A stretch of 64,000 bases of DNA from the NCBI GenBank assembly GCA_017445475.1, contig JAFSUB010000005.1, forward strand, positions 20,124-84,123, read 5' to 3'. Both the position numbers and the translations under genes were made by a program. This document shows positions 21,517-32,383 of this stretch, piece after piece. The notes below the pieces were generated by a model. That model saw only the letters and a list, made by a program, of their open reading frames with translations. It did no database searches and was not told where the DNA came from. The number at the start of each line of letters is the position of its first letter. Positions within the stretch are counted from its first letter, which is position 1. Source of the DNA: Alphaproteobacteria bacterium (GTDB lineage Bacteria > Pseudomonadota > Alphaproteobacteria > RF32 > CAG-239).

Positions 21517-23701
21517 ACAAAGGCGAATATTCGGAGCTGTTTTGAGCGTTGCGCTTTGCTATTCTTTCCTTAATTTGTTGCAAAAAGGTTTTCCGCTCGG
21601 AAGCTTTTGCCTTTCTGGCCGCAACATTTCCGAGATGCAAATCGACAATATCCGCAGCTTTTTGCATAACAAGCGGTGCGTTGACCTCAAGCGCTGCATC
21701 CAAAAGGCCTTTTTGAGCCTCAACATTCTCCGATACGGCGTTTTTGGTTATGTTTTTCACGCTTGTATCTGCACCGGCAATCATACTGCGGACATCTTTA
21801 TTCGACTTTTTACCGATGACATCAAAACGGTTTGCCTTAATTTTTTCTTCCTGCTTTGTTTGAATATTGCGAGCACGGCTGATCATATCCTGCAGATGAA
21901 GATTTGCTTCAAGCGCCGCATATGTTTGATACACAAGCTCTGCCTGCGCTTCGGGCTTGTTTTGATATTTGCCGTAATAGCTTGTTTCAAACGCCTTTTT
22001 CTTTTCTTTAAGCTGTTTGGCCTTGGCTTCATCCATATGCGGATTGGCAAGCAATGCGTCAAAAGAAGCCATAATTTGCTTTTCGATAAAACGCTCTTTT
22101 TGCTTTGCGTCGCCTATTACAAAATATGCCTCAGATGTGACGCGCGCGTCATCAATAACAGCGGCAAGCGAATCATTAATTTCTTTTTGGCGTTTTAAGG
22201 CTCTGTCTTGAAGCTCTCTTTGCAAATCGGAATTCGATTTATATTCGCCGTCCCTTTTCCACGCGTCTTTGTTTTGCATCATCTCATCAATCATTTCCGC
22301 ACTTGTCAGCAATATGGCAACATTTCCCGTTTGTGCAAGCGCGCTCAAAGAAAGATTAATCTCTTTTTGCGAAAGTCTTAAAAAGCCTTGTTTATCTTCG
22401 GCTTGGTCAAGTCGGCGCATAAAGTCTTTACCACAGCGTCTTTCAAACTCTTTACGCTTTTCGGGATTGGCATAATTTGCCTCTAAGTCGGCATATAACG
22501 CGCCATATTTTTGAAGCTCGTTATCGGCTGATTTTCCAAGTTTTTGTGCAACCGCAGCCACACCTTCTCTGAAAGCATCAAGCTTTTTGCGTGCGGCTTT
22601 AAGATCGGCGTCTTTGATTTTTGCCGTTTCGGCAGCCGCCGCCGTGCTGAACTCTTTATATGATGTCCAGCCCGAATTGAGCGCTGCTGCCGCAAGCCCT
22701 TCCGCTTTGTCAAAGCCCCAAGACATTAAAGCCAAAAACCATTCTTCATACATATATTGAACAATATCTTGTTCTTTAAACTTTTCACCTTTTTCCGTTT
22801 TGTCGGGAAGCTTTGATTTGTCGCCGTCAAATTTTTCAACCGCACCTTCTTTCTTTTTCTTATTGTAAAGCTCGTGTTGCGCAGCCGTCAATGTTCCGCG
22901 ATAAGCACCTTCTTTGAGCTGCTCATCTGTTAGTTCCTGATTTTCGGAAATTTCCAGCGTTTTCCCGTCAAACATACCCACAATGCGCTCATCGCGCGTA
23001 TTTTCAACATTTTCAGGCGTCGCCATGCTCATCAAAGTCGAATCTTTTAAAGTTTCAATCGTTTCAGGTGCTTTTCCGAACCGCCCCTCATGACCAGCGT
23101 TATAAAGCGCCATCAACTCACCAACTTTTTGTCCGGAAGCGTTTCGGCGTGCACCGTTTGCGCAATATCCGTCCGGCTTTTCATACAGCTCTTTATAAAA
23201 ACTGCCCATCTGATTTAAATGCGCACTCAAAGCGTTTCTTGCCGCCTCATTTTTGCCCTCATCAATATAAAACTGATGCGCTTTGTCTTTTTTGGCCGTG
23301 CCTAAAAAGTGTATGTTTTTGACAAGCTGTGTGCCGACAAGCTCGCCGTTTTCAAGCAAAGCTTCATCCAAAAACAGAGCCGCCGCCGTTTTTTCTTTGC
23401 CACCTTTTATTTTGATTTTGACTTCTTTTAAGTTGTCTAAAATCTGCCGCAAATCTTGCTGTGCTTTGGCGCTTTTGAAAACCAAATCATTGATATCGCC
23501 GCCGTTTTTGTATGCCGTGTTTAAATCAAACATATTCAAACCCGCGACAAAATCTTTTTGCAAAATGAGTTCCGGCTTTTCTTCAAGCATTGTTTTAAGC
23601 TCGTTTTTATTTTCTTCTGAAAGCTCTTTTTGCTTTAAGAGCGCAAGCAGTTTTTCGCAATTTTGCTTGACCTGTTCATCTTCTCTTAATTCTTCTGCCA
23701 T
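21479..23701 (-). CDS. hypothetical large K/E-rich coiled-coil protein (740 aa)
   Basis: No TM segment. Pervasive lysine/glutamate heptads. No enzymatic motif recognised. Confidence 0.5.
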   Translation of the reverse strand: MAEELREDEQVKQNCEKLLALLKQKELSEENKNELKTMLEEKPELILQKDFVAGLNMFDLNTAYKNGGDINDLVFKSAKAQQDLRQILDNLKEVKIKIKGGKEKTAAALFLDEALLENGELVGTQLVKNIHFLGTAKKDKAHQFYIDEGKNEAARNALSAHLNQMGSFYKELYEKPDGYCANGARRNASGQKVGELMALYNAGHEGRFGKAPETIETLKDSTLMSMATPENVENTRDERIVGMFDGKTLEISENQELTDEQLKEGAYRGTLTAAQHELYNKKKKEGAVEKFDGDKSKLPDKTEKGEKFKEQDIVQYMYEEWFLALMSWGFDKAEGLAAAALNSGWTSYKEFSTAAAAETAKIKDADLKAARKKLDAFREGVAAVAQKLGKSADNELQKYGALYADLEANYANPEKRKEFERRCGKDFMRRLDQAEDKQGFLRLSQKEINLSLSALAQTGNVAILLTSAEMIDEMMQNKDAWKRDGEYKSNSDLQRELQDRALKRQKEINDSLAAVIDDARVTSEAYFVIGDAKQKERFIEKQIMASFDALLANPHMDEAKAKQLKEKKKAFETSYYGKYQNKPEAQAELVYQTYAALEANLHLQDMISRARNIQTKQEEKIKANRFDVIGKKSNKDVRSMIAGADTSVKNITKNAVSENVEAQKGLLDAALEVNAPLVMQKAADIVDLHLGNVAARKAKASERKTFLQQIKERIAKRNAQNSSEYSPLYASVFGKNNKGR

Positions 23702-23784
23702 TTCTTTTCTCCAAAATGCTTGAAAATTTAATTTATACTACCACCTTTTTTTGTTTTTGTCTATTACTTTTTTATGACATTTTT

Positions 23785-24747
23785 TTAAGCTTTCACCTTT
23801 TTCAAAAACGAACCTATTTTATGATTTTCTCTGATCCCGTCTTGCGGCGTAACCTTGACAAGGCCGAAAAACCTCGGCTTGATTTTGTCATTCTCAATCG
23901 GCGCATACATTGCCGGATTGGTTGTTAAAACCTCAAAAGCCGCGGGTGCGTCTTTTGAAGCCGTTTTGAAATAGTTGTTGATTAAACGCTCACTGTCAAT
24001 CGGAAAATTCTTGGCTTGAAGCACCTCAATAAAACGACGCTTGCGCTCCTGGCGGCGCATATATTCTTCATACAAAGCCCGCTCAACGCGTTTGCGCTGC
24101 GATTTTAAACGGCGCTCTTCATACGAAATTTCACAATTTTCAATATCAATTAAAATTTCAACATACGAAATCACCGCAAGCTGCAAATTTTGATCGGCCA
24201 ACCCTTCGGCGAAATTCAACAGCTGTTCATCACTTGCATTCGGATTGAGCGTTGAAAGCGTGTCAGGAAAAGCGGCAAGCATAATGTCCCAGCAGGCAAG
24301 CGTATCGCTCACGATTTTTTTACCCAAACTCGGCTTATAATTCGGAACCAAGCTTTCGGGCACAAACGAAAGCTTCGGAAACTCAATTTGACGCATTGCC
24401 GCAATGGCCGTTACCGCATCAATAAAGTTCGTGTATGCCTGCGCAAGCTCGCCTTCATCATTGCCGTAAACAATTTTCGGCTCCTTTTCAAGCTGCTTTT
24501 CAGACTGTTCCACGATTTGTTGTTTTTCTTCGTTTGTGTCGCTGTTTTCGGCGGCAATAAAGGTATTTAAGAGTTTTTCAAACTCATCATCTTTTTCGTC
24601 TTCTTCAATTTCCACGCTTGTTGCATCGGGGATGTTCTCAAGCCGGCCCATAATGTTTGCATTAATGTCTAAAAACGGATTTTCCTCATCTTTTGCCATA
24701 TCACCCTCCACAATAAAACTAACGCTTGCTTTTTGAAACATCTTCAT
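23785..24747 (-). CDS. hypothetical acidic protein (320 aa)
   Basis: Acidic N-terminal third (EEDEKDDEFEK). No recognisable domain. First gene of the minus-strand block ending at 16498. Confidence 0.45.
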   Translation of the reverse strand: MKMFQKASVSFIVEGDMAKDEENPFLDINANIMGRLENIPDATSVEIEEDEKDDEFEKLLNTFIAAENSDTNEEKQQIVEQSEKQLEKEPKIVYGNDEGELAQAYTNFIDAVTAIAAMRQIEFPKLSFVPESLVPNYKPSLGKKIVSDTLACWDIMLAAFPDTLSTLNPNASDEQLLNFAEGLADQNLQLAVISYVEILIDIENCEISYEERRLKSQRKRVERALYEEYMRRQERKRRFIEVLQAKNFPIDSERLINNYFKTASKDAPAAFEVLTTNPAMYAPIENDKIKPRFFGLVKVTPQDGIRENHKIGSFLKKVKA

Positions 24748-24796
24748 GTATTTTCCAAAAAGACGTTCATAAACTTATCTTTTGATTTTACTTTGA

Positions 24797-25771
24797 ATGG
24801 AAAAAGAAAACAACATTTTTTTATCGGTTTTGGAAAGTTTATCGGAAGGCTTGCGGCTTGATAAATTTTTAAGCTCAAATCTTGATTTGTCGCGCACTCA
24901 AATTCAGCGCCTTATTAAAAATGGGTATGTTACCTCAGATGAGCGAGAAATTGTTGATTGCGCTTATAAAACAAAGCTCGGCGATGTTTTTGAAATTCAA
25001 ATTCCGGAGCCTTGTGAAGCAGAGCCGAAGCCGCAAAACATTGCGCTTGATATTGTTTATGAAGATGATGATTTGATGGTAGTCAATAAACCATCAGGTA
25101 TGGTTGTTCATCCGGGTGCGGGTGTTTATGACAATACACTTGTTAACGCCGTTTTGTTTCATGCCAAAGGGCAGCTTTCAGGCATAGGCGGGGTTAAAAG
25201 GCCGGGAATTGTGCACCGAATTGACAAAGAGACATCAGGCCTTATTGTGGTTGCAAAAAACGATTGTGCTCATCAGGGGCTTTCCGAGCAATTTGAAAAG
25301 CACAGCATCAACCGCACGTATTACGCCCTTGTTTACGGTGTTCCCTCTCCGTTAAACGGCACCATTGAGGGCAACATCGGCCGTTCAAAATTTGACCGAA
25401 AAAAAATGGCGCTTGTTTCTTCCGGCGGCAAACACGCCATCACACATTATCAAACACTGGAAGTGTTTTCAAATGCACTTTCACTTATCAAATGCAACCT
25501 TGAGACAGGCCGAACACACCAAATCAGGGTTCACCTTTCAAGCATCGGTTGTCATTTAGTCGGCGACAAGCTTTATGTTGCCCCCAAAAAAACAGCGCTT
25601 AATCTTGACGCCGATTTAAAAAAAGCCGTGAACAACTTTGACCGTCAGGCGCTCCACGCCGCAACACTCGGTTTTGTTCACCCGAAAACAGGCGCGCATC
25701 TGTTTTTTGAAGCCCCCTTGCCGCAAGATTTGGCCGACTTAATTCAAAAACTACATAACCTTCTGTATTAA
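24797..25771 (+). CDS. rluD: 23S rRNA pseudouridine synthase, RluA family (RluD-like)
   Basis: N-terminal S4 domain. HRIDKETSGLIVVAKN catalytic Asp motif. Confidence 0.85.
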   Translation: MEKENNIFLSVLESLSEGLRLDKFLSSNLDLSRTQIQRLIKNGYVTSDEREIVDCAYKTKLGDVFEIQIPEPCEAEPKPQNIALDIVYEDDDLMVVNKPSGMVVHPGAGVYDNTLVNAVLFHAKGQLSGIGGVKRPGIVHRIDKETSGLIVVAKNDCAHQGLSEQFEKHSINRTYYALVYGVPSPLNGTIEGNIGRSKFDRKKMALVSSGGKHAITHYQTLEVFSNALSLIKCNLETGRTHQIRVHLSSIGCHLVGDKLYVAPKKTALNLDADLKKAVNNFDRQALHAATLGFVHPKTGAHLFFEAPLPQDLADLIQKLHNLLY

Positions 25772-25801
25772 ACTTTTCTTATATTAGAACTTTTTGTTAT
25801 A

Positions 25802-25829
25802 TTGCGAAAACGATTTTTTTGCATATCAT
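25802..25829 (+). promoter_or_regulatory. sigma-70-like promoter for rpoH (TTGCGA-16 nt-TATCAT)
   Basis: -35 TTGCGA at 25802-25807 and -10 TATCAT at 25824-25829 with 16-nt spacing. AGGAG RBS at 25849-25853 precedes ATG 25861. Confidence 0.4.
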
Positions 25830-25860
25830 AGACTCGGTCAGTTGGCAAAGGAGAGCAGTG

Positions 25861-26736
25861 ATGAATCATGTTAACGAACTTCTTGAACTTGACTTTTCCC
25901 CCGAACACAATCTGTCGCGCTATTTGCAAGAAATTCGCAAATTTCCGATTTTGGAGCCCGATGAAGAATATCGCCTCGCCCTTGAATATCAAAAAACGCA
26001 CGATGAGGCTGTTGCATATAAACTGATTACATCGCACTTGCGGCTTGTCGTTAAAGTTGTTTCAAAATACAGAGGCTACGGGCTTTCAGTTTCGGAAATG
26101 ATTTCGGAAGGAAGTTTGGGGCTTTTATCGGCAATTGAAAAATTTGAACCTGAAAAAGGTTTTCGATTTTCAACATATGCCTTGTGGTGGATTAAAGCGT
26201 CGGTGCAAAAATATATTTTAAATTCGTGGTCGCTTGTCAAGCTCGGCACAACCGCCGCACAGAAAAAATTGTTTTTTAACCTGCGTAAAATCAAAAACAA
26301 GCTCAATTTAACAGATGACCGCGAAATGTCCGAAGATGTTTTAAAACATATTGCAGACCTTTTAGACGTTAATGTTTGTGAAGTTACCGATATGAACACG
26401 CGCCTTAAAGCACACGACGGCTCGCTCAATATCACACTTGATGACAGCACGGACGGCGGCGCCGAATGGCTTGATTTTATTTCCGACACAAAACCCAATC
26501 AGGAAGAAAGTTTTGCGCACCTCGAAACGCTTAAATATCGCAAAAAATTATTCAACGAAGCTCTTGTCGTTTTAAATTCGCGCGAAAAAGACATTTTGTT
26601 TAAGCGCAGACTTTTAGAGCGCGCTGCAACGCTTGACGATTTAAGCAAAACTTACAACATCTCGAAAGAACGCGTGCGTCAAATCGAGCTCAATTCAATT
26701 AAAAAAATCACCAAAGCCGTCGGTATGTTGCAATAA
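25861..26736 (+). CDS. rpoH: RNA polymerase sigma-32 factor
   Basis: Regions 2 and 4 of the sigma-70 family. RpoH box-like QKKLFFNLRKIK. The start at 25861 is preferred over the 25819 ORF-track start, which lies inside the promoter. Confidence 0.85.
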   Translation: MNHVNELLELDFSPEHNLSRYLQEIRKFPILEPDEEYRLALEYQKTHDEAVAYKLITSHLRLVVKVVSKYRGYGLSVSEMISEGSLGLLSAIEKFEPEKGFRFSTYALWWIKASVQKYILNSWSLVKLGTTAAQKKLFFNLRKIKNKLNLTDDREMSEDVLKHIADLLDVNVCEVTDMNTRLKAHDGSLNITLDDSTDGGAEWLDFISDTKPNQEESFAHLETLKYRKKLFNEALVVLNSREKDILFKRRLLERAATLDDLSKTYNISKERVRQIELNSIKKITKAVGMLQ

Positions 26737-26821
26737 AATTTTTTCATTTCTCTTTTTTTAAGAGCATTGACTCTTGAGCAAAATCAGTTTAAGCTGATAG
26801 GTCTGAACTGAAAGACTTGAC

Positions 26822-27532
26822 TTGATGGATACAGAGAAACAAGAAAAGAAAGACTATGAAGGACATCGCCGGCGTTTAAAAGAACGTTTTTTGAAAGATT
26901 TGGGCGCTTCGATGCCGGAATATGAGCTTTTGGAGCTTTTGCTGACCTACTGTTTGCCGCGGTGTGATGTAAAACCTCGTGCAAAAAAGTTAATCGGCAC
27001 TTTCGGTTCCATCAGCCAGCTCTTGTCCGCTTCCGACGAACGTTTGAAACAAGCCGGAATCACGGACAATATGCGCGCTTTTTTGAGACTTGTTTCTCTG
27101 ATATCCTCAATGTCAAACTGGCGTCGACTAAACGGGCAAGACAAGCCCGTGCTTTCAAATCAGGATTATGTGATTGATTATTGCCGAAGCAGGATTCCCG
27201 TTTCAGATGTTGAGGAATTTCATGTTATTTTTCTAAATGCCGGCCTGACACCCATTGAAGACAAGTTGATGCAAAAAGGCACGGTTGACGCCGTTTTTGT
27301 GCATCCGCGCGAAATTTTGAAACAAGCCTTAAACAATGGGGCAACTTCGGTTATTTTATATCATAATCATCCCGCCGGAAGATGTCGGCCTTCAAAAGAA
27401 GACATCATCACAACCTCCGAGATTGTCAAATGCTTGAGCGCTGCACAGATTAAGGTTTGGGATCACATCGTTTTGGCCGATGGCAACCATTTCAGCTTTC
27501 GCGAAAACGGTTTAATTGATACAAAAAAATGA
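26822..27532 (+). CDS. RadC-like JAB domain protein
   Basis: N-terminal HhH/UPF0758 region. C-terminal JAB/MPN motif HNHPAG. Confidence 0.8.
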   Translation: MMDTEKQEKKDYEGHRRRLKERFLKDLGASMPEYELLELLLTYCLPRCDVKPRAKKLIGTFGSISQLLSASDERLKQAGITDNMRAFLRLVSLISSMSNWRRLNGQDKPVLSNQDYVIDYCRSRIPVSDVEEFHVIFLNAGLTPIEDKLMQKGTVDAVFVHPREILKQALNNGATSVILYHNHPAGRCRPSKEDIITTSEIVKCLSAAQIKVWDHIVLADGNHFSFRENGLIDTKK

Positions 27533-27563
27533 GCTGTAAAGCTTAAACGACACACTTTTTAGT

Positions 27564-28286
27564 TTAATAAAAGTTTTTACCGTCTTCAATTTTGAGCGTT
27601 GTTTTTTGCTCTGTCAAAGCACCGTCTTTGAGCAAAAGCTCTCGATCCATTTTGCCGGCCAAATCCATATTATGCGTGGCAATCAAGGCAGACAACCCCG
27701 TTTCTTTAACAATATTTAACAGCTCTAAAAACACATTGTCCGACGTGTTCGGGTCTAAATTTCCGGTCGGCTCGTCGGCAAGCAGAATTTTCGGTGTGTT
27801 GGCAAGAGCTCTTGCAATTGCCACTCTTTGCTGTTCACCGCCGGAAAGTTCTGCCGGTCTGTGTTGCAAGCGTTCTTTCAAACCGAGCCTTTCTAAAAGC
27901 CACCCTCCTTTTTCTAAAGCCTCTTTTTTGGATTTGCCCGCAATCAATTGAGGCAACATCACATTTTCAAGCGCGTTGAAATCAGAAAGCAGATTGTGAT
28001 ATTGATACACAAAGCCCAAATAATCGCGCCTGAGCGTTGTTCGAAGAGCGTCCGAGGAGGCGCCGCAATCTGTTCCGTCTAAAAAAACCTGACCGCTTGA
28101 GGGCTGTTCAAGCAATCCGGCAATCTGAAGCAACGTTGATTTGCCCGAACCGGACGGTCCGACAAGCGCCACAATTTCTTTGGGCTTGATTTCCAAATTG
28201 AGTTTTTTTAAAACATCAAGCCTTTGACCGCCCTGATAAAAGTGCTTTGAAATGTCCGAAAGTTTTAATGTTGGTGTTTTATTCAT
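27564..28286 (-). CDS. lolD: lipoprotein-releasing ABC transporter ATP-binding protein
   Basis: Walker A GPSGSGKST, signature LSGGEQQRVAIARAL, Walker B ILLADEPTGNLD. Adjacent to the lolC/E permease. Confidence 0.8.
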   Translation of the reverse strand: MNKTPTLKLSDISKHFYQGGQRLDVLKKLNLEIKPKEIVALVGPSGSGKSTLLQIAGLLEQPSSGQVFLDGTDCGASSDALRTTLRRDYLGFVYQYHNLLSDFNALENVMLPQLIAGKSKKEALEKGGWLLERLGLKERLQHRPAELSGGEQQRVAIARALANTPKILLADEPTGNLDPNTSDNVFLELLNIVKETGLSALIATHNMDLAGKMDRELLLKDGALTEQKTTLKIEDGKNFY

Positions 28287-29529
28287 ATCTTAAGGCCTCC
28301 ACCGGATCATATTTTGCCGCACGGTATGCCGGATAAATCGTTGCAAGAAGTGATAAGCCGAGAGCAACCAAAACCACCACGGCAACTTCAACAAAATCAA
28401 GCTCGGCCGGCAACTTTGACAAGAAATATATTTCCGCTGAAAATAAATCGCGCCCAGACAATTTTTCAAGAAATTGCCTGATATGCTCAATGTTTTCGCA
28501 AAAAACAATTCCGAGAACCGAACCGATGAGTGTGCCGATAATGCCTATGTAGGCACCGTCCATCATAAAGATTTTCATAATCATTGCCTTTGTCGCACCC
28601 ATCGTGCGCAAAACGGCAATGTCCCTTCCCTTGTCTTTAACGAGCATAATCAGCCCCGTGATAATGTTGAACGCCGCAACCAAAATAATCAGCGTTAAAA
28701 TCAAAAACATCACGTTTCGTTCAACATCAATGGCATTAAAAAACGCGGCGTTGCTTTGTTTGAAATCATAAACATAAGCGTCTAAACCCACACTGTTTTC
28801 AATTTCTTGACGCACCGATGCTAAGTCGTCGTCGCTTTGAAGTGTTACGTCAATCTGCGAGGCCGCACCGTGCAGCGAAAAAAACTTTTGCGCCGCACTC
28901 AACGGCATAAAGATGAAATTCGAATCATATTCATACATACCAACGTTAAATGTTCCCAAAACGGTATATGACTTCATACGCGGAACGGTGCCGAATGCCG
29001 TTACTTTGCCGTTTGGAAAAATCAGCGTTACTTCATCGCCGACCACAACGCCGAGTTTGTCGGCAAGCCTTTCGCCCAAAATGACATGATCTTCTTCAAA
29101 AGCCTTGATGTTGACATTGCTCATGGCTGTGCGTAAAACATCTTTTTTGATAATGTCTTCCTTGCTCAATCCCCGAACAATCACCCCTTCGGCAGCCGCA
29201 CCGGTTGAAACAAGAAGTTGCTTTTCAATCATCGGTGTGGCAATTTCAACACCTTTCATGTTTTCCAAGCTTTGAACCGCGTTTTGATAGTCTGTAAACG
29301 GATATCCCGGCGTTGAAGCAATGAGAATATGCCCGTTCAAACCCAAGATGCGCGACATCAATTCGTTTTTAAACCCGTTCATCACACTCATCACAATAAT
29401 CAGTGTGGCAACACCCAGTGCGATTCCGGTGAAAGCAAAACCGGTGATAACCGAAATAAAGCCTTCTTTTCTTTTGGCGCGCAAATAGCGAGAGGCTACC
29501 ATACGTTCAAATTTCGAAAACATCATCAA
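28279..29529 (-). CDS. lipoprotein-releasing system permease LolC/LolE
   Basis: 416 aa. MacB/FtsX-like permease with N- and C-terminal TM bundles and a large periplasmic domain. Overlaps lolD by 8 nt. Confidence 0.8.
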   Translation of the reverse strand: MMMFSKFERMVASRYLRAKRKEGFISVITGFAFTGIALGVATLIIVMSVMNGFKNELMSRILGLNGHILIASTPGYPFTDYQNAVQSLENMKGVEIATPMIEKQLLVSTGAAAEGVIVRGLSKEDIIKKDVLRTAMSNVNIKAFEEDHVILGERLADKLGVVVGDEVTLIFPNGKVTAFGTVPRMKSYTVLGTFNVGMYEYDSNFIFMPLSAAQKFFSLHGAASQIDVTLQSDDDLASVRQEIENSVGLDAYVYDFKQSNAAFFNAIDVERNVMFLILTLIILVAAFNIITGLIMLVKDKGRDIAVLRTMGATKAMIMKIFMMDGAYIGIIGTLIGSVLGIVFCENIEHIRQFLEKLSGRDLFSAEIYFLSKLPAELDFVEVAVVVLVALGLSLLATIYPAYRAAKYDPVEALRYE

Positions 29530-29540
29530 CCCCCTTTGTT

Positions 29541-30671
29541 TTAAGAAAACAAGTCCTTTATCTTGTCAAAAAAACTTTTTGTTTCCGGCTGGCAACCGTC
29601 ATCTTTGCTTAAAAGCCGGAATTCTTCCAAAAGCTCTTTTTGTTTTTTGTTCAAACGCGTGGGCGTTTCAACCTTAACCATCACAAATAAATCTCCTCTT
29701 TTTTGCTTGTCGCCCGCGGGCATTCCTTCACCTTTGATGCGAATTTGAGCACCCGTTTGTGTGCCCTCTTTAATTTCGACAGCAATTCTTTTGCCGTCTA
29801 TGCCCGGAATTTCAATTTTACCGCCGAGTGTTGCACACACCATCGAAACGGGAACCGCCGTATATAAATTGGCCTCGCTGCGCTCATAAAGCTTATGCTC
29901 TTTGATGAAAACATAAATATATAAATCACCGTTTGCACCGCCTCTTAAACCTGCCTGACCTTCGCCGGCAACACGCATGCGCACATTGTTTTCAATGCCC
30001 GCCGGAATTTTAACTTTAATTGTTTTTTGAACTTTTACCACGCCTTCACCATGGCACTTAAAACATTTGTCTTTGGCAACTTTGCCCTGCCCATGACACG
30101 TTGGGCAAACCGTTTCAAAAACAAAAAAACCACCCTGTTGACGCCTGATTTTGCCCCTGCCCTGACATGTCTCGCAAATCGGAGCTTCTTTACCGTTTGC
30201 CGTGCCGTGTCCGTGGCACACATCGCACAACTCGGTTGTTTTGATTGTGATTTCTTTTTGCGCACCTTCGTAAGCTTCTTCCAAAGTGATGCTCAAATTA
30301 TAGCTCAAATCGGCGCCGCGTATGTTTTCATATCTGTTCTGGCGTTGCGTTCCGCCCCCCATAAAGTCGGAAAAAATGTTTGAAAAAACATCGGACAAGT
30401 CTTCGGCATTGAACCCAAAGCCGAAGGGATTGCCGCCCATACCGTTTTGAAAAGCGGCCTTGCCGTATCTGTCATAGGCGGCACGCTTTTGATCATCTTT
30501 TAAGACTTCATAAGCCTCGTTGATGTCTTTAAATTTTTGTTCCGCAACTTTATCGCCCGGATTTCGGTCGGGGTGATATTGCATGGCCTGCCGGCGAAAC
30601 GCATGCTTAATTTCATCTGCACTTGCCGATTTACTTACACCCAAAACGTCGTAATAATCTTGATCTGACAT
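29541..30671 (-). CDS. dnaJ: molecular chaperone DnaJ
   Basis: J-domain with HPD. G/F region. Four CxxCxGxG zinc-finger repeats. Confidence 0.95.
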   Translation of the reverse strand: MSDQDYYDVLGVSKSASADEIKHAFRRQAMQYHPDRNPGDKVAEQKFKDINEAYEVLKDDQKRAAYDRYGKAAFQNGMGGNPFGFGFNAEDLSDVFSNIFSDFMGGGTQRQNRYENIRGADLSYNLSITLEEAYEGAQKEITIKTTELCDVCHGHGTANGKEAPICETCQGRGKIRRQQGGFFVFETVCPTCHGQGKVAKDKCFKCHGEGVVKVQKTIKVKIPAGIENNVRMRVAGEGQAGLRGGANGDLYIYVFIKEHKLYERSEANLYTAVPVSMVCATLGGKIEIPGIDGKRIAVEIKEGTQTGAQIRIKGEGMPAGDKQKRGDLFVMVKVETPTRLNKKQKELLEEFRLLSKDDGCQPETKSFFDKIKDLFS

Positions 30672-30679
30672 CTTTTTCC

Positions 30680-31570
30680 CTATTTGTTTTGTGTTAAAAG
30701 TTTCGGGCTAACCCACATTGTTCCTTTTTGCAAAAATTCGGGCAATTCCTTTAAGGCCGAAGCACCGGCGGCCTTCGCGTGTCCGCCGCCGCCGAATTTT
30801 GCTGCCAATTTTGACACGTCAACGTCATCTTTTGCCGTGTAAAACGACAAATTCCAACAGTTCTTTTTATTCATAAAAAAGTTTATCATCACGTCGTATT
30901 CTTTGATGTCGTCTAAACTGTCGTAAAATTCCGAATAGCCTTGCGCAATGTTTGCACAAATGCAGCGCAGTCCGTCAAGTTCGGTAACAAAAGCCTGCGC
31001 GCGTGAAAGCCTGTAATTGCGGTTGTGAATGTATGATAAAATCGCCCGTCCTTTTTCAACCATCGGATTGATTTCAACCTCATCGGCAATCAGCTGTGCC
31101 CAAATGGACTCACCGGGCTTGTTCACACCAAGCGACTGCATGGCATATTCAAATGGGCGAACGCGTTTGTCTTCTAAATCAAACACATCATTTAGGCCCA
31201 AAAGCTTGATGCCGAGCGGCAAGTTCTTTTTGGGATAAAAATAGTTCCACGTCAAGATGATGGCCGCTGTTCCGACTTTTCTTATGCCCTTAATCGGTGC
31301 TTCACCTTCTTTGATTTTCTGCTCATATTCCTCTATCACGGAAACGTGATGGTCTATCCATATCAAATCTTTCGTCGCGTTTAACTCAAACATATACTCA
31401 AGCGGCAATGCAATGTCGCAAATAACGATTTTATCGTGTTTTTCTATCTCTTTATAATTGATTTCGCTGTCGTGGTTTAACGGCATAAATTCAACTTCGG
31501 GATAAACGCTTTTGACAATGGCTGCCGAACCTTTTCCGTCATGGTCTGCAAGATGATAGATACATAGCAT
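30680..31570 (-). CDS. DHH/DHHA1 family phosphoesterase (NrnA-like)
   Basis: [15 protein letters not shown] motif. C-terminal [15 protein letters not shown]1 motif. Confidence 0.7.
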   Translation of the reverse strand: MLCIYHLADHDGKGSAAIVKSVYPEVEFMPLNHDSEINYKEIEKHDKIVICDIALPLEYMFELNATKDLIWIDHHVSVIEEYEQKIKEGEAPIKGIRKVGTAAIILTWNYFYPKKNLPLGIKLLGLNDVFDLEDKRVRPFEYAMQSLGVNKPGESIWAQLIADEVEINPMVEKGRAILSYIHNRNYRLSRAQAFVTELDGLRCICANIAQGYSEFYDSLDDIKEYDVMINFFMNKKNCWNLSFYTAKDDVDVSKLAAKFGGGGHAKAAGASALKELPEFLQKGTMWVSPKLLTQNK

Positions 31571-31588
31571 TTTTTCTTTTTCCTTTAC

Positions 31589-32383
31589 TTAAAATTCAAC
31601 GACCATATTGTCATAGGCAGACAGAACATTTTCGGGCGTTAGAGCATTAAGCGCGTCATAATCACACTCCACCGCCATATGATTGATAATCGTTTTTTCG
31701 GGCTTGATCAGATTAACATATTCTAAAACTTTATCAAGCCCCATGTGCGAACACATTGCATAATCCGAGTTAATGGTTGTCAAAGGCAATATCATCAGTT
31801 TCGGACGGCGTTTGATTTTAGAAATCGCACAATCGCAAATCAATCGGCAATCGGCAATGTAAACAAGTTCGCCGTCGTTGAACAGATAGCCGTTTGAGGG
31901 AACCATGTGTCCGTCAAGTTCCAAGAGATTGACTTTAACACCCTTGAAATAAAAGTCTTCATCAAAAGAAAGTGTGTGCGCGTTTAAGCTTGCTCTAAAA
32001 ATTCCGCCGTCCGGACATTTACCGTTGCAAATTAAATATGAAAAACGCTTTGTGATTTGCTCCATCGTTTGGGCAGAACCATATATGTCAAGCGGTTTTC
32101 CCGTTAAACGGTTGAACTCTCGTAAATCGTCAATACCGTCCAAATGGTCGGCATGTGCGTGCGTATAGAACACGGCATCAATGTGTTTGATGTTGTTTTC
32201 CAAAAGCTGCATTCTTAAATCGGGCGATGTGTCAATCAAAATTTTCATCTCACCGATTTCAAGATATGTGCCGATACGTTTGCGCCTGTTTTTCATATTG
32301 TTCGGATTGCAATTTCCCCAGCCTTTGGAAATTGACGGCACACCGGGCGCCGCGCCCGAACCCGTTATGACAATTTTACTCAT
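31589..32383 (-). CDS. MBL-fold metallo-hydrolase (PhnP-like)
   Basis: HAHADHLDG metal-binding motif. Overall beta-lactamase fold size. Confidence 0.75.
   Translation of the reverse strand: MSKIVITGSGAAPGVPSISKGWGNCNPNNMKNRRKRIGTYLEIGEMKILIDTSPDLRMQLLENNIKHIDAVFYTHAHADHLDGIDDLREFNRLTGKPLDIYGSAQTMEQITKRFSYLICNGKCPDGGIFRASLNAHTLSFDEDFYFKGVKVNLLELDGHMVPSNGYLFNDGELVYIADCRLICDCAISKIKRRPKLMILPLTTINSDYAMCSHMGLDKVLEYVNLIKPEKTIINHMAVECDYDALNALTPENVLSAYDNMVVEF

Noticed and set aside
25819-25860. Longer rpoH start
   Set aside because: Falls inside the predicted -10 element and lacks an RBS.
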